Assembly (NCBI GenBank): GCA_026392265.1
Contig: JAPLCL010000074.1
Span: forward strand, 1 to 44,535
Direction: 5' to 3'
DNA from: Actinomycetota bacterium
Lineage (GTDB): Bacteria; Actinomycetota; Thermoleophilia; UBA2241
Length of the DNA: 44,535 bases
The notes under the pieces were generated by a model. That model made no database searches. It worked only from the letters and a program-made list of their open reading frames with translations, and was not told the DNA's origin. Both the position numbers and the translations under genes were made by a program. Positions within the stretch are counted from its first letter, which is position 1. The number at the start of each line of letters is the position of its first letter. This document shows positions 26,882-35,173 of this stretch, in pieces.

Positions 26882-28873
26882 ATGCAGATCACCCTCCCCG
26901 ATGGCTCTCCTCTGGAACTCGCCGACGGCGCCAGCGTGCGCGATGCGGCGGCGGCGATCGGCCCGCGCCTGGCGAAAGCCGCCATCGCGGGCCGCGTGAC
27001 CGCCGCCTCCCACCCCGACGTCACCCTGTTGGTTGACGTTTCGGCACCGCTTCACGACGGCGACAGCGTCGACATCGTCACGCTCAAGGGCGACGACCCC
27101 GACGCGATCGACGTGCTGCGCCACTCCGCCTCGCACATCATGGCGCAGGCCATCCTCCGCCTGTTTCCGGGCACCAAGTACGCCATCGGACCCACCATCG
27201 AGAACGGCTTCTACTACGACTTCCAGCTCCCCGAGCCCGTCACCGAGACCGACCTCGTGCGCATCGAGAAGGAGATGGCGAAGATCGTCAGCCAGAACCT
27301 GCCGGTGACGCGCGCCGAGCTGACGCGCGCGGAGGCGCTGGCGGTCTTCGGGCCGGCGGGCGCAGCCGCTCCGGCAGGCCCCAGCTCCGATCAACCCTTC
27401 AAGGTCGCACTCATCGAGGACCTCCCCGGCGAGGAGACCATCAGCGTCTACACCCAGGGCGACTTCGTCGACCTCTGTCGCGGCCCGCACCTGCCGAGCA
27501 CCAACAAGCTGGGCAACGGTACCTTCAAGCTCACCAGCCTGGCCGGCGCCTACTGGCGCGGCGACGAGAAGAACGCGATGCTCACGCGCGTGTACGGCAC
27601 CGCGTTCGCCACGAAAGAAGAGCTGGCCGCCCACCTTGAGGCCCTCGAGCTGGCCCGCCAGCGCGACCACCGCCGCATCGGCCGCGACCTCGATCTCTTC
27701 AGCTTCCACGAGGAGGGCCCCGGCTTTCCGTTCTTCCACGCCAAGGGTATGCGCATCTGGAACGCCATCATCGACTATTGGCGCGCCGAGCACGTGGCCG
27801 CCGGCTACGAGGAGATCCGCACGCCGCAGATCCTGCGCCGCGAGCTCTGGGAGCTCAGCGGCCACTGGGAGAACTACAAGGACAATATGTACTTCACGCA
27901 GATCGACGGGCAGCCGTTCGCCGTGAAGCCCATGAACTGCCCCGGCGGCCTGCTCGTGTACAAGAGCCGCCGGCGCTCCTACCGCGACCTGCCGCTGCGC
28001 CTCGCCGAGCTCGGCCAGGTACACCGTCACGAGATGAGCGGCGTGCTCCACGGCCTCTTCCGCGTGCGCTACTTCACGCAGGACGACGCGCACATCTACT
28101 GCACGCCCGAGCAGCTCGAAGACGAGGTCCGTGGCGTGGTGCGCTTCATGCACCAGATCTACGCCGCCTTCGGCTTCAGCGACGTCAAGATCGAGCTGAG
28201 CACGCGGCCTGACAAGAGCATCGGCAGCGACGAGATGTGGGAGCGGGCGGAGGGCACCCTCTCCCGCGTGCTCGACGCCGAAAAGGGCGCCGACGGTGAG
28301 CCTTTGACCTACGTGCTCAACCCGGGCGACGGCGCCTTCTACGGCCCCAAGATCGACTTCCACATCAGGGACGTCATGGGCCGCACCTGGCAGTGCGGCA
28401 CCATCCAGGTGGACTTCGCCATGCCGGAGCGCCTCGACATCACCTATACGGGGGCCGACAACGAAGAGCATCGGCCGGTCATGATCCACCGCGCGCTGCT
28501 GGGCAGCATCGAGCGCTTCATGGGTATCCTGCTGGAGCACTACGGCGGCAACCTGCCTACATGGCTGGCGCCAGTGCAGGCCCTCGTCATCCCCATCGCC
28601 GACCGGCATGCGGCTTACGGCCACGAAGTGCTCGGCGCGCTGCACCAGGCGGGCATCCGCGCCGATCTCGACGAGCGCAGCGAGAGTATGGGCCGCAGGA
28701 TCCGCGACGGCCAGCTGCAGAAGGTGCCGTATCTGCTGGTGGTCGGCGACAAGGAGCAGGAGACCCGCGAGGTGGCGGTGCGCGAGCGCGGCGAGCAGAA
28801 AGGGTCCGCGCTGCTCGCCGACGCCGTGACGCGGATCGCCGCCGAGATCGCCGAGCGGCGGCTTCCGGCGTAG
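26882..28873 (+). CDS. thrS: threonine--tRNA ligase
   Basis: The TGS-domain N-terminus MQITLPDGSPLELADGASVRDAA, the editing-domain HSASHIMAQA, and class II motifs (FAVKPMNCPG, RVRYFTQDDAHIYC, GAFYGPKIDF) support the call, together with an anticodon-binding C-terminus. Confidence 0.95.
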   Translation: MQITLPDGSPLELADGASVRDAAAAIGPRLAKAAIAGRVTAASHPDVTLLVDVSAPLHDGDSVDIVTLKGDDPDAIDVLRHSASHIMAQAILRLFPGTKYAIGPTIENGFYYDFQLPEPVTETDLVRIEKEMAKIVSQNLPVTRAELTRAEALAVFGPAGAAAPAGPSSDQPFKVALIEDLPGEETISVYTQGDFVDLCRGPHLPSTNKLGNGTFKLTSLAGAYWRGDEKNAMLTRVYGTAFATKEELAAHLEALELARQRDHRRIGRDLDLFSFHEEGPGFPFFHAKGMRIWNAIIDYWRAEHVAAGYEEIRTPQILRRELWELSGHWENYKDNMYFTQIDGQPFAVKPMNCPGGLLVYKSRRRSYRDLPLRLAELGQVHRHEMSGVLHGLFRVRYFTQDDAHIYCTPEQLEDEVRGVVRFMHQIYAAFGFSDVKIELSTRPDKSIGSDEMWERAEGTLSRVLDAEKGADGEPLTYVLNPGDGAFYGPKIDFHIRDVMGRTWQCGTIQVDFAMPERLDITYTGADNEEHRPVMIHRALLGSIERFMGILLEHYGGNLPTWLAPVQALVIPIADRHAAYGHEVLGALHQAGIRADLDERSESMGRRIRDGQLQKVPYLLVVGDKEQETREVAVRERGEQKGSALLADAVTRIAAEIAERRLPA

Positions 28874-28884
28874 CCGGAGGAGTC

Positions 28885-29238
28885 ATGGATCTCGTGCGCG
28901 ACGCCGTGCTCGGCGTGGAGTTCGAGATCGACCCGCGCTTCGCGCGCCTCGACGCGGCTGCCGAAGACGGGGCGGGGGGCAACGGTGATGCGGGCGCGGC
29001 GGCGGTCGCTGCCGGGCAGGTGGATCTGCCGACGGCGCATTTCATCGCCGCGCGGCCGGCCGAAGGCTGGATCGCGGCGCTCGCTTCTGGCCATGCGGCT
29101 CATGGTCCAGCCACCGGAGCTCTGGGATACCGATCGGGACGCGCTCGAGCTCTCCTTCCGGACGCTCGCGCTCATCTGACCCAACGGGGCCCGCGCTCTA
29201 CGGCAACGCCACCCACGAGACGGCCATTGTCATCTTGA
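28885..29238 (+). CDS. small hypothetical ORF with an apparent frame change near 29085
   Basis: ATG 28885 lies 5 nt after GGAGGAG. GC3 is strong for about 65 codons (MDLVRDAVLGVEFEIDPRFARLDAAAEDG...). GC3 then collapses in this frame, while the +1 frame (LLAMRLMVQPPELWDTDRDALELSFRTLALI*, stop 29177-29179) becomes GC3-rich. Confidence 0.3.
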   Translation: MDLVRDAVLGVEFEIDPRFARLDAAAEDGAGGNGDAGAAAVAAGQVDLPTAHFIAARPAEGWIAALASGHAAHGPATGALGYRSGRARALLPDARAHLTQRGPRSTATPPTRRPLSS

Positions 29239-29261
29239 CCATTTCTGGTCATACTGTGACC
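29229..29261. promoter_or_regulatory. putative antitoxin operator: two GTCA-N-TGAC palindromes abutting the vapB start
   Basis: GTCAtctTGAC is at 29229-29239 and GGTCAtactgTGACC at 29247-29261, immediately before ATG 29262. Confidence 0.4.
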
Positions 29262-29600
29262 ATGAAGAGCGTGTCCGTCGCCGAACTCAAAGCCAAGCTC
29301 AGCCACTACCTTCGCGAGGTCCGCGAGGGCGCGTCGTTCACCGTCGTCAGCCGCGATATCCCGGTGGCGACCCTTGGTCCGTACGAGCCGGAGGACATCG
29401 ACGATCTCGAGATCATCGAACCCACAGAGGACCCGGCATTGTGGGGCACAGTCGTCCTGCCGCCGCTCGGACGGTCGATCGACGTGGTCGCCCTTATCCG
29501 CGACGATCGCGACGCTCGCGATCTGCGGCTCGATCGTGTGGCTGAGGAAGCCATCCGGGCACGTCGTGCGGCAGACGAGCCGCCGGAGGCTGAGTCATGA
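29262..29600 (+). CDS. vapB: type II antitoxin, Phd/YefM-like N-terminus
   Basis: MKSVSVAELKAKLSHYLREVREGASFTVVSRDIPVATLGP is the Phd/YefM fold signature. The C-terminus is acidic. ATGA overlap with the PIN toxin gene. Confidence 0.75.
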   Translation: MKSVSVAELKAKLSHYLREVREGASFTVVSRDIPVATLGPYEPEDIDDLEIIEPTEDPALWGTVVLPPLGRSIDVVALIRDDRDARDLRLDRVAEEAIRARRAADEPPEAES

Positions 29601-30013
29601 TCGCCTACGTCGACTCGTCGGTCATCCTTCGCTTCGTGCTTCAGCAGCCCGATACGCTGACGGCCCTTCTCGACTTCGACGAGCGCGTGACCTCCTTTCT
29701 TGCGGAGGTCGAGTGCATGCGTGCCATCGAAGCAGCGCGCCTTCTTCGTCGGCTCAGTACGGACGAATCCGGTGAGCGGCGGCAGCTTGCTTACAAGCAT
29801 CTCAGGCGCATGCGACGCCTGATGCCGTCGTTGTCGATCTTGCGTAGGGCGGGAGAGCCGTATCCCGTCGCGCTCAAGACCCTTGATGCCGTTCACTTGG
29901 CCACAGCGCTCACGTGGCGCGATCGACGAGCGCCTGACCTCGTGTTCGCGACGCACGATCATCAGCTGGGCCGCGCCGCGCTCGCGCTGGATTTCGAGGT
30001 CATCGGGCTGTAG
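29597..30013 (+). CDS. vapC: type II toxin, PIN-domain ribonuclease
   Basis: The MIAYVDSSVIL start carries the first PIN acidic residue. LDAVHLATAL and FATHDHQLGRAA are conserved distal motifs. 138 aa. Confidence 0.8.
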   Translation: MIAYVDSSVILRFVLQQPDTLTALLDFDERVTSFLAEVECMRAIEAARLLRRLSTDESGERRQLAYKHLRRMRRLMPSLSILRRAGEPYPVALKTLDAVHLATALTWRDRRAPDLVFATHDHQLGRAALALDFEVIGL

Positions 30014-30302
30014 GTGGGCCGGCGCGCGGCGCACCTCGTCACGGCCGCCGATGAGCGCGGACCGATGCTGTCTGATGGCGCGCGCAAGACGCTCCGCGAG
30101 ATCGTCTCCACGGTACCTGCCTCCGAGCGCGCCGCACGATCCAGCTGACAGGCAGGTGGGGCGACACCAGGCGCCCGGGCTCTTGACCGGTCGCGGTCTG
30201 GGGGACTCTCACGGCTCTGCGGAGTGCGCCCACTCCTTGACGCCCGCCTCTGCAAGAGAATCTCATGTACTGTGCCAATGGAATGACGGATGGGAGAACG
30301 GT

Positions 30303-31766
30303 ATGAAGCAGTGGCGCGGATCTGCGGCCGGGGAGAGACCGAGCGGAGGTGTGCCGCCTGTCGGGGCGCGCAGCTACTGGCTCGACGAGGCATTGGCCGC
30401 CGATCCCGGCGCCGCGTGTCTTGCGCTGTCCGGCGACGTGGCCGCCGACGTGTGCGTCATCGGCGGCGGCTTCGCCGGCCTCTGGACCGCCTACGAGCTT
30501 AGCGAACGCGCGCCGCAGCTGGGCGTCGTCCTGCTCGAGGCCGACATCTGCGGCGCCGGCGGCAGCGGCGCCAACGGCGGCTTCTTCTCGCCCTCGTGGA
30601 CCGGCCTGTCGGCGCTGTGCGGCTCGCTCGGCGAATCTGGCGGGGTTGCCTACGCCGCCGCCCTCGCCGACATGGTGAACGAGCTCGACGCCTGGGTCGT
30701 GCGCCACGAGGCGCGTATCGACGCCTACCACGAGGGCATCCTGTACGCCCGCGCCGGCGAGTGGCAGGCGGGGCCGGACGAAGAGACCTTTCGCCTGCTC
30801 GAGAAGCACGGCTACGCCGACCGTCTGCGGTGCGTGAACGTCGCCGAGGCGCGGAGCGTCGCCGATTCACCGCGCTTCGTCGGCGGCGTGATCACCCCCG
30901 ATCTGACCGTCATCCAGCCGGCCAAGCTCGCCCGCGAGCTGCGGCGGGTGCTGCTCGAGCGAGGCGTGCGCATCTTCGAGGGCACGCCCATGCTGCGCGT
31001 CGAGGCCGGCCGGCCGGCGCGCGTGGTCACGCCGGCCGGCTCGGTGTCCGCCGCCCAGGTCGTGCTGACGACCGGCGCTTGGGCGATCACGCAGCCGCAC
31101 TTCCGCCGCGCCTTCGCCGTGTGCACCGATTTCATGGTCGTCACTGAGCCGATCCCGCAGCTCATCGAAGTACTCGGCTGGACCTCCCATATGGGCGTCG
31201 CCGACCTCCGCGAGATGCTCTACTACCTGCGCACAACGCCCGACGGCCGCATCGCCATCGGCGGCGGCGCCATGGGCATCGTGTACGGCGGCCGCATCGA
31301 GGGCCGCGTGCTCAGCTCGCCGCGACTGGCCGAGATGGCCGCGCACGGCCTCACCTGGCTGTTCCCGCAGCTCGAGGGCGTGCGTTTCCACGCCGCCTGG
31401 AGCGGACCGATGGACATCACGAGCACGGCGCTGCCGTTCTTCGAGACGGCGCCCGGCGGCAACGTGCACGCCGGCCTCGGCTTCTCGGGGCACGGCCTCA
31501 CCAGTACCAAGCTGGGCGGCAAGATCCTCAGCTCGCTGGTGCTCCGTGAGGACGACGAGTGGCGCCGGATGCCGGTCGTGGGGCGGCCGCTCGCCACCGT
31601 GCCGCCCGAGCCCCTGCGCTGGCCGCTGGTCAAGTCGGTCGCTTGGGCCTTCGAGAGCGGCGACCGCGCCCAGGAGCAGGGTCGGGCTCGCGGCAGGCTG
31701 CCCCGGCTCGTGACCACCGTGTATGGGCAGTACGGCGCCCAGAACGGCGCCATCCGCAGCGAGTGA
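30303..31766 (+). CDS. FAD-dependent oxidoreductase (DAO family; PuuB/sarcosine-oxidase-beta-like)
   Basis: ATG 30303 follows GGGAGAACGG. Dinucleotide fold ADVCVIGGGFAGLWTAYEL. Late motif GLGFSGHGLTSTKLGGKIL. The ORF-track extension from 29883 overlaps vapC. Confidence 0.7.
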   Translation: MKQWRGSAAGERPSGGVPPVGARSYWLDEALAADPGAACLALSGDVAADVCVIGGGFAGLWTAYELSERAPQLGVVLLEADICGAGGSGANGGFFSPSWTGLSALCGSLGESGGVAYAAALADMVNELDAWVVRHEARIDAYHEGILYARAGEWQAGPDEETFRLLEKHGYADRLRCVNVAEARSVADSPRFVGGVITPDLTVIQPAKLARELRRVLLERGVRIFEGTPMLRVEAGRPARVVTPAGSVSAAQVVLTTGAWAITQPHFRRAFAVCTDFMVVTEPIPQLIEVLGWTSHMGVADLREMLYYLRTTPDGRIAIGGGAMGIVYGGRIEGRVLSSPRLAEMAAHGLTWLFPQLEGVRFHAAWSGPMDITSTALPFFETAPGGNVHAGLGFSGHGLTSTKLGGKILSSLVLREDDEWRRMPVVGRPLATVPPEPLRWPLVKSVAWAFESGDRAQEQGRARGRLPRLVTTVYGQYGAQNGAIRSE

Positions 31767-31786
31767 GGCGAACAGGGGGGTCATTC

Positions 31787-33664
31787 ATGCAAGCGCAGCC
31801 GGAGCGCATCACCCAGCCGTCCCGCCGCGCGCGTCGGCTGCGGCTCGCCGCGGGACTCGTGGCGGGCGCCGTTGCGGCCGTGGCGGCGCTCGCCTTCCTC
31901 GGCGCGGGGCCGTTCGGTCTGAGCGCCCGGGCCGCCGCGGCAAGCGCTTCGCCGAGCCCCGGCGAAAAGGTCGTCCTGCGCATCGGGGTCACCGAGGACG
32001 TCGATAACCTGAACCCATTTGTGGGCTACACCGAGCTGGCCTTCGAGGTCTTCTCACAGAACTACGAGTACCTCGTCGAGCGGCGCCCGGAGGACTTCGG
32101 CCCGGGGCCGGACGGCATCGCCGAGAGCTGGGAGTCCTCGCCCGACGGCAAGACCTGGACCTTCCACTTGCACAAGAACATCACGTGGCAGGATGGACAG
32201 CCGCTCACCGCCGACGACGTGGTCTTCACCTACAACTACGTCATCGACAACGAGATGCCGGCGTTCTCGGGAACGGCAAAGGGCATCACGAAGGCGGTCA
32301 AGGTCGACGACTACACCGTCCAGCTCGTCACCGACAAGCCCAAGTCCAACATCCTGCGCCTGTGGATCCCTATCCTGCCTAAGCACATCTGGGAGAAGAT
32401 CCAACCGAAAACGGCGGCGACGACGTACAGGAACGCACTGCCCGTCGGCAGCGGCCCGTTCCAGGTCGTGGAGTGGAAACGCGGCTCCTACCTCCGCTTG
32501 CAGGCCAATAAGGAGTACTGGCAAGGGGCGCCGGGCGTCGACGAGCTCATCTTCCAGATCTACAAGAACCCCAGCACGATGGTGGCCGATCTCGCCGCCG
32601 GCCGCATCGACGCCGCCCACAACATCCCGCCGGCGGAGTTCACGAAGCTCAAGAACACTCCCGGCATCAAGGCCATCGCCTTCGTGATGTTCAACTGGGA
32701 CTACCTGAACTTCAACTGCTACACCGGCGCCGGCTCATTGGGTGACCCGGTGCTCAAGGACGCCAAGTTCCGCGTCGCTCTGGACTACGCGATCGACCGG
32801 GAGAAACTGGTGTCGATCGCCTACGGGGGGTACGCGGTGCCCGGTACGACGGTGCTCCCCCCCGACAACTGGAAGGACCCGGACTTCCATTGGCAGCCTC
32901 CGGCCGGCGTGCTGCGCACCTTCGACCTCGAAAAGGCCAAGAGCCTCCTGGACGAGGCCGGGTACAAGGACACCGACGGCGACGGTACGCGCGAGTACAA
33001 GGGCAAGCCCATCAAGCTGCGCCTGTGGGCCCCGGCCGGCGCCATCCAGACCCAGAGCGCCGCCAAGCTCATCACCGGCTGGTTCGGTGACATCGGCCTT
33101 GACATCGACTTCCAGGTCGTCGACGAGGGCGTCTACAACGACCGTATCTGGAACTACGTGGGCGACACCTACGCCCCCGACTTCGACATGTACCTGTGGA
33201 CCTGGTACGGGTACGCCGATCCCACGCAGACGCTCGACTCCTACACGACCGCGCAGATCGAGGGCTGGAACGAGCCCTGCTGGTCCAACGTGGCGTACGA
33301 CGGCGCGTACCAGCTGCAGGCCCGCGAGCTTGACCCGCAGAAGCGCGCCGCGCACGTCTACGACGCGCAGGAGGCGATGTACGCCGACAACCCGCAGTCG
33401 ATCACCGTCTACCCGAAGCTGCTGCAGGCCGTCAACACGGCGAAGTGGGATGGGTGGATCTACAACGAGCTGGGCGGTGGCCAGGCATTCTTCAGGGGCG
33501 CCAGCCAGAAGAGTTATCTGACCGTCAAGCCCAAGGCAGGGGTCGAAGCCGCCGGCACGTCGTCGACCTGGATCTGGGCGCTGGTCGCTGCCGGAGCGGT
33601 GATCGTCATCCTCGTCGTGGTCATGCTCGCGCGCCGCCGCCGGCGCGCCGTGGAGGAGGCCTGA
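31787..33664 (+). CDS. family-5 (peptide/nickel/opine type) ABC solute-binding protein with a Tat-like signal and a C-terminal TM anchor; no cognate permease or ATPase genes adjacent
   Basis: ATG 31787. N-region SRRARRLRLAAGLVAGAVAAVAALAFLGAG. SBP_bac_5 blocks: LRIGVTEDVDNLNPF, WTFHLHKNITWQDGQPLTADDVVFTY, GSGPFQVVEWKRGSYLRLQANKEYW. The C-terminus reads TSSTWIWALVAAGAVIVILVVVMLARRRRR. Confidence 0.8.
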   Translation: MQAQPERITQPSRRARRLRLAAGLVAGAVAAVAALAFLGAGPFGLSARAAAASASPSPGEKVVLRIGVTEDVDNLNPFVGYTELAFEVFSQNYEYLVERRPEDFGPGPDGIAESWESSPDGKTWTFHLHKNITWQDGQPLTADDVVFTYNYVIDNEMPAFSGTAKGITKAVKVDDYTVQLVTDKPKSNILRLWIPILPKHIWEKIQPKTAATTYRNALPVGSGPFQVVEWKRGSYLRLQANKEYWQGAPGVDELIFQIYKNPSTMVADLAAGRIDAAHNIPPAEFTKLKNTPGIKAIAFVMFNWDYLNFNCYTGAGSLGDPVLKDAKFRVALDYAIDREKLVSIAYGGYAVPGTTVLPPDNWKDPDFHWQPPAGVLRTFDLEKAKSLLDEAGYKDTDGDGTREYKGKPIKLRLWAPAGAIQTQSAAKLITGWFGDIGLDIDFQVVDEGVYNDRIWNYVGDTYAPDFDMYLWTWYGYADPTQTLDSYTTAQIEGWNEPCWSNVAYDGAYQLQARELDPQKRAAHVYDAQEAMYADNPQSITVYPKLLQAVNTAKWDGWIYNELGGGQAFFRGASQKSYLTVKPKAGVEAAGTSSTWIWALVAAGAVIVILVVVMLARRRRRAVEEA

Positions 33665-33733
33665 GGGAGCCGAGCACTCATCTGGGGCTCCGTCTCTTCC
33701 GCGGCGGAGCCGGATGATAGTTATTCTCCACAG

Positions 33734-33779
33734 TTGGGTATCTTGATTGTCGAGAGACTTCTCGAACGAGGATACCCAA
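33734..33779. promoter_or_regulatory. nested palindrome (putative MarR operator) covering the MarR RBS and start codon
   Basis: TTGGGTATC (33734-33742) and GATACCCAA (33771-33779) form a perfect 9-bp inverted repeat. They enclose TCGAGA-gact-TCTCGA (33750-33765). The element sits in a locally AT-richer patch. The GAGGA RBS (33768-33772) overlaps the right arm, and the A of the ATG is its last base. Confidence 0.55.
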
Positions 33780-34234
33780 TGAGTCACGAGTACACAGCCG
33801 AAGACATCACCTGGGCGACACGCAGACTCGACATAGCCATGTCGCGCCTCATGGTCGCCCTGTCTCGCGAGGTCGGTATCAGCGTCCCCGAGATGCTTGC
33901 GCTCGAGTATCTGGACGTCGACGGGAGCGTCGGCCCGAGTGAACTGGCGCGCCGGTTGCAGATGACCTCGGGGGCGATGACCGCGCTCGTCGATCGCCTC
34001 GAGCAGAGTGGCCACGTGGTGCGCGAGCGGCATCCCGCCGACCGCCGCAGGGTCCTTGTGACGCGCACGCAGAAGGCAGACGAGGATCTCACCGCGGAGA
34101 TCGCGCCCATGGCGCTGGAGATCCTCGAGCTGGCCGAGGGCCTGGACGACGCCGAGCGTCAGGCCGTAGGCCGATTCTTTGACGGCTTCATCGCGATCAT
34201 CGAAAGCACCGCTGCTGAGGCGTGCGCCCGATGA
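33779..34234 (+). CDS. MarR-family transcriptional regulator
   Basis: ISVPEMLALEYLDVDGSVGPSELARRLQMTSGAMTALVDRLEQSGHVVRERHPADRRRVLVTRT is the canonical MarR winged helix-turn-helix including the DRR wing motif. Confidence 0.85.
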   Translation: MSHEYTAEDITWATRRLDIAMSRLMVALSREVGISVPEMLALEYLDVDGSVGPSELARRLQMTSGAMTALVDRLEQSGHVVRERHPADRRRVLVTRTQKADEDLTAEIAPMALEILELAEGLDDAERQAVGRFFDGFIAIIESTAAEACAR

Positions 34235-34304
34235 CGTGCAGGCACACAAGACCCGACATCGCCGTCTTTGTCGACGGCGCTCACGACTGAAGAAGGAGCA
34301 CGAC

Positions 34305-35084
34305 ATGGCCAAAGACATCACTGACGACCGGCGCCTGAGTCGCCTGCGCTGGTGGAACATCATCGTCGGTCTGATCCTCGGCGTTCAGGCCGCCGCCATC
34401 GCGATCCTGACCAACGGCTTCAGCCTGCCCGTGACGTCTACCTACATGACCGGGCCTCCCGGCACGCCGCCCGAGCTCAACACGCTGTTTGATCTGCCGC
34501 TCGGCTGGGGCGTGTTCGCGTTTCTCGCCATCTCGGCCGCGGCGCTGTTCATCATCGCCATGCCGGGCGTGTTCGAGTGGTACAAGCGCAACCTGCAGCA
34601 GGACCGCAACTACGGGCGCTGGATCGAGTACTTCTTCAGTTCGTCGATCATGATCGTGCTCATCAGCATGATCACCGGCGTCAGCGACGTCGCGGCGCTG
34701 CTCGCGATCTTCGGCGTCAACGCCAGCATGATCCTCTTCGGTCTGCTCATGGAGAAGTACGAGACGCCGGGCAAGCCTAGCTGGCTCTCGTTCTGGTTCG
34801 GCACCTTCGCCGGCATCATCCCGTGGGTCATCATCGTGATCTACGTGTGGAGCCCGGGGCTCGACGGTCCGTCGCCGCCGACGTTCGTCTACGGGATCAT
34901 CGCCAGCCTCTTCATCTTCTTCAACGTGTTCGCCATCAACATGTGGCTGCAGTACAAGAAGATCGGGCCCTGGAAGAACTACCTGGTCGGCGAGAAGACG
35001 TACATCATCCTCAGCCTGACGGCCAAGGCCCTGCTCGCGTGGCAGGTGTTCTCGGCCGTGCTGGCGGGCTCAGGCGCCAGCTGA
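34305..35084 (+). CDS. heliorhodopsin (7-TM retinal protein, inverted topology family)
   Basis: ATG 34305 follows GAAGGAG. There is full-length resemblance to heliorhodopsins: RLRWWNIIVGLILGVQAAAIAILTNGFSLPVTSTYMTGPPG, RWIEYFFSSSIMIVLI (Glu codon 34626-34628), ALLAIFGVNASMILFG, FWFGTFAGIIPW, FVYGIIASLFIFFN, and YIILSLTAKALLAWQ (TM7 Lys codon 35025-35027). Confidence 0.9.
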   Translation: MAKDITDDRRLSRLRWWNIIVGLILGVQAAAIAILTNGFSLPVTSTYMTGPPGTPPELNTLFDLPLGWGVFAFLAISAAALFIIAMPGVFEWYKRNLQQDRNYGRWIEYFFSSSIMIVLISMITGVSDVAALLAIFGVNASMILFGLLMEKYETPGKPSWLSFWFGTFAGIIPWVIIVIYVWSPGLDGPSPPTFVYGIIASLFIFFNVFAINMWLQYKKIGPWKNYLVGEKTYIILSLTAKALLAWQVFSAVLAGSGAS

Positions 35085-35117
35085 CCCGCGCTTCAGGTTC
35101 CAGCCGACCCACGCCGT

Positions 35118-35159
35118 GAGACGCCGGGGCGGGCGCGAGAGCGCCCGCCCCGGCGTCTC
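35118..35159. terminator. bidirectional terminator-like perfect hairpin between the convergent heliorhodopsin and hydrolase genes
   Basis: GAGACGCCGGGGCGGGCGC-gaga-GCGCCCGCCCCGGCGTCTC forms a 19-bp perfect stem with a 4-nt loop. There is no strong U-tract. Confidence 0.6.
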
Positions 35160-35173
35160 GTTGTCTGCATCCG

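Noticed and set aside
26268-26999. The 243-aa ORF as a full-length gene overlapping the thrS start.
   Set aside because: Only a ~55-aa segment resembles a receiver domain. The rest is low-complexity, its GC3 is weaker than in real genes, and the 3' end overlaps thrS by more than 100 nt in another frame. It is treated as a possible remnant only.
34235-34304. The hairpin CGCCGTC-tttgtc-GACGGCG between MarR and the heliorhodopsin gene, considered as an intrinsic terminator separating the two genes.
   Set aside because: The stem is only 7 bp, no U-tract follows, and it is immediately followed by the heliorhodopsin RBS. That is insufficient to argue for independent transcription.
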